The notes under the pieces were generated by a model. It did no database searches, had not been told where the DNA came from, and was given only the letters and a program-made list of their open reading frames with translations. The position numbers and the translations under genes are program-made. From the human T2T-CHM13v2.0 reference genome, Homo sapiens, in NCBI RefSeq assembly GCF_009914755.1, contig NC_060948.1: 64,000 nt of DNA; one strand, 5' to 3'. Each line of letters begins with the position of its first letter. Positions within the stretch are counted from its first letter, which is position 1. Shown here in pieces: positions 58,954 to 64,000 of this stretch.

Positions 58954-61058
58954 AGATCCATATTTTTTAAATGAAAAAAAATTTCAAAGGTACTCTGCTT
59001 GGTACAATAATCAAATGTATAAACTGAGGAATAAAACATAACCATGAAACCTACTTATAACTGCATATGGAAAATACAGAGGATAATTTTTTAAATAACA
59101 TATTTTGAAAGCCTTAACTAGTAATTTGAAGAGTTGGCATTTGAAAGGCCAGTATGAATATACCTTCAAAGCAGCAACACAGGTTCCCCATGAGAAAAAG
59201 CAAACACAGGGAAAATAAAAACACAAAGGTTCAATCTCTTCTGACCTTTGAAAGACACAGCACAGACAGTGGTCCTTAGGACGAAGAGCAGGAGACCCCT
59301 AATTCCGTCACCATGGCGATAGGGCATAAACATTGCTGGGTGAGGGCACAATCCACATTGTGAGGTCCAACTGCTGCCAGGAAGACAGGAGTGCTTTTAC
59401 ATAGACCGAAAGGTCATTGAAGGCTCAGAGTTTTGTTTCAAGAACTGAATCCCAAGCCCACACGTTATTAGGCTGCGCTTCTTAAAACAAGTTATGAGAT
59501 GGGAAAAAGGGCACCCACAAACATACGTATACATTATGTATATAATAATGTACAGTATCATATATATAATATATATAACCTATGTATAATATTGTTTTAC
59601 ATCCTGCATCTTATGTTATATATATTGTATAAAATATAATAATTGATAATATATAAGTTTTATAATTATACAATATGACATATAGTATATATTATAATTT
59701 ATGACATATATAATATATGTTATATATCATATATAGAATATATTATACGGTTAATATACGTATTAAATATAAATTATACATTATATATATTATATATAAT
59801 ATATCTGTTATATATAATACCCATTATGCATAATATATATATTATGTCTATGTTATATATAGTATAAAACAACATATAATAATATATAATTGTATATATA
59901 AAATGCGACATATAATATATATTATATTTTATAACATATGTAATATATATTATATATTATATATAATACGTTGTATGTATAATACCTATATTAAATATAT
60001 ATTATATGACTATGTTATTAATTACATGTCACATGTGTTATATATTATATATTTTACATAGAATATACCGGTTACATACAATATATACTATGTTACCTAT
60101 AATGTATAATTTATTACATGTAAAATAAAGAATGCAATATATTATGTATAATTTATAATATACCATATGTGGAATGTGATATATATAACATATAATATAT
60201 AATATATGATATACAGTATATGATATATAACATACAATATATGATTCCTAATATATATGGTATACAATATATATTTTATGATATGTATTCTATATGTTTT
60301 ATATTCTGTTATATATAACTATTTGAAATTATATATAACTGTATAATATTTTATGTAAATATGTAATATAATATATATAACTATATAATATATTATATAT
60401 AACTATATATTATGTTATATATACTTTTATAACATAATTTACATAAAATATCATAATATAATATATATTATATTATTTCATATTACATAATATATATTAC
60501 ATATCACCCAATATAACTAACATACATAATATTATAATATAGATTATATTATGTTATATTAAATATCATATATATCATGTATCATATATTCTATAATATA
60601 TATTACACATTATATAATATGTATGTTGTCTATTATGTGATATATACAACTATATATATAATTATATTTTTATACATATAACTAGATAAACATGTAATTC
60701 TACATATTTTCATTTATAATATGTAGAATTATATAATCATATATAATTATTTATATTCTATAAAAAATTTTATCATTATATAAATTATAATATATAAAAA
60801 TTATAATATGTACTACAAATATATATATTATATATCATATATGATATAGTACCTTTGTTATATATCATAATACATATAAATGTGTATTATGTTATCTATA
60901 ATTATATAATTTCATATATAAGATGTATAATATGTATCATATATTATATATGTTATGTAATATATATAGTATATATAAGATGACACAGGATAAATATTAT
61001 ATACTATGACATATAAAATATATGAGGTTATATGTTACATATAAGGCATAGCACATAA

Positions 61059-61373
<315 letters not shown>

Positions 61374-63478
61374 AGATCCATATTTTTTAAATGAAAAAAA
61401 ATTTCAAAGGTACTCTGCTTGGTACAATAATCAAATGTATAAACTGAGGAATAAAACATAACCATGAAACCTACTTATAACTGCATATGGAAAATACAGA
61501 GGATAATTTTTTAAATAACATATTTTGAAAGCCTTAACTAGTAATTTGAAGAGCTGGCATTTGAAAGGCCAGTATGAATATACCTTCAAAGCAGCAACAC
61601 AGGTTCCCCATGAGAAAAAGCAAACACAGGGAAAATAAAAACACAAAGGTTCAATCTCTTCTGACCTTTGAAAGACACAGCACAGACAGTGGTCCTTAGG
61701 ACGAAGAGCAGGAGACCCCTAATTCCGTCACCATGGCGATAGGGCATAAACATTGCTGGGTGAGGGCACAATCCACATTGTGAGGTCCAACTGCTGCCAG
61801 GAAGACAGGAGTGCTTTTACATAGACCGAAAGGTCATTGAAGGCTCAGAGTTTTGTTTCAAGAACTGAATCCCAAACCCACACGTTATTAGGCTGCGCTT
61901 CTTAAAACAAGTTATGAGATGGGAAAAAGGGCACCCACAAACATACGTATACATTATGTATATAATAATATACAGTATCATATATATAATATATATAACC
62001 TATGTATAATATTGTTTTACATCCTGCATCTTATGTTATATATATTGTATAAAATATAATAATTGATAATATATAAGTTTTATAATTATACAATATGACA
62101 TATAGTATATATTATAATTTATGACATATATAATATATGTTATATGTCATATATAGAATATATTATACGGTTAATATACGTATTAAATATAAATTATACA
62201 TTATATATATTATATATAATATATCTGTTATATATAATACCCATTATGCATAATATATATATTATGTCTATGTTATATATAGTATAAAACAACATATAAT
62301 AATATATAATTGTATATATAAAATGCGACATAGAATATATATTATATTTTATAACATATGTAATATATATTATATATTATATATAATACGTTGTATGTAT
62401 AATACCTATATTAAATATATATTATATGACTATGTTATTAATTACATGTCACATGTGTTATATATTATATATTTTACATAGAATATACCGGTTACATACA
62501 ATATATACTATGTTACCTATAATGTATAATTTATTACATGTAAAATAAAGAATGCAATATATTATGTATAATTTATAATATACCATATGTGGAATGTGAT
62601 ATATATAACATATAATATATGATATATGATATACAGTATATGATATATAACATAAAATATATGATTCCTAATATATATGGTATACAATATATATTTTATG
62701 ATATGTATTCTATATGTTTTATATTCTGTTATATATAACTATTTGAAATTATATATAACTGTATAATATTTTATGTAAATATGTAATATAATATATATAA
62801 CTATATATTATATTATATATAACTATATATTATGTTATATATACTTTTATAACATAATTTACATAAAATATCATAATATAATATATATTATATTATTTCA
62901 TATTACATAATATATATTACATATCACCCAATATAACTAACATACATAATATTATAATATAGATTATATTGTGTTATATTAAATATCATATATATCATGT
63001 ATCATATATTCTATAATATATATTACACATTATATAATATGTATGTTGTGTATTATGTGATATATATAACTATATATATAATTATATTTTTATACATATA
63101 ACTAGATAAACATGTAATTCTACATATTTTCATTTATAATATGTAGAATTATATAATCATATATAATTATTTATATTCTATAAAAAATTTTATCATTATA
63201 TAAATTATAATATATAAAAATTATAATATGTACTACAAATATATATATTATATATCATATATGATATAGTACCTTTGTTATATATCATAATACATATAAA
63301 TGTGTATTATGTTATCTATAAATATATAATTTCATATATAAGATGTATAATATGTATCATATATTATATATGTTATGTACTATATATAGTATATATAAGA
63401 TGACACAGGATAAATATTATATACTATGACATATAAAATATATGAGGTTATATGTTACATATAAGGCATAGCACATAA

Positions 63479-63793
<315 letters not shown>

Positions 63794-64000
63794 AGATCCA
63801 TATTTTTTAAATGAAAAAAAATTTCAAAGGTACTCTGCTTGGTACAATAATCAAATGTATAAACTGAGGAATAAAACATAACCATGAAACCTACTTATAA
63901 CTGCATATGGAAAATACAGAGGATAATTTTTTAAATAACATATTTTGAAAGCCTTAACTAGTAATTTGAAGAGTTGGCATTTGAAAGGCCAGTATGAATA

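Overview
The whole window is primate (very likely human) satellite DNA: an uninterrupted head-to-tail array of a ~2.42-kb composite unit. It has 26 complete unit-to-unit spacings and 27 resident Alu copies, with the unit truncated at both window ends. Each unit is an old, diverged minus-strand Alu (~290 bp), then a ~570-bp moderately GC segment (HSATI-like), then a ~1.55-kb extremely AT-rich low-complexity tract. Unit length, the three-part structure and HaeIII spacing (one ~2.14-kb fragment per unit) match DYZ2/HSat1B of human Yq12 heterochromatin; related copies on acrocentric short arms cannot be excluded from sequence alone. I see no credible protein-coding or RNA genes, and all listed ORFs are chance frames repeated once per unit. 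The main exceptions to regularity are: (1) a very young, 5'-truncated AluY (AluYc1-like) insertion at 22194-22461 with a 12-bp target-site duplication, a non-canonical target site and a tail-to-tail inverted arrangement with the resident Alu; (2) a 175-bp microhomology-flanked deletion at ~48576; (3) shared variants that record unit duplications, a chimeric unit and non-adjacent unit copying. I found no evidence for a previously undescribed gene system; the interest here is structural and evolutionary.
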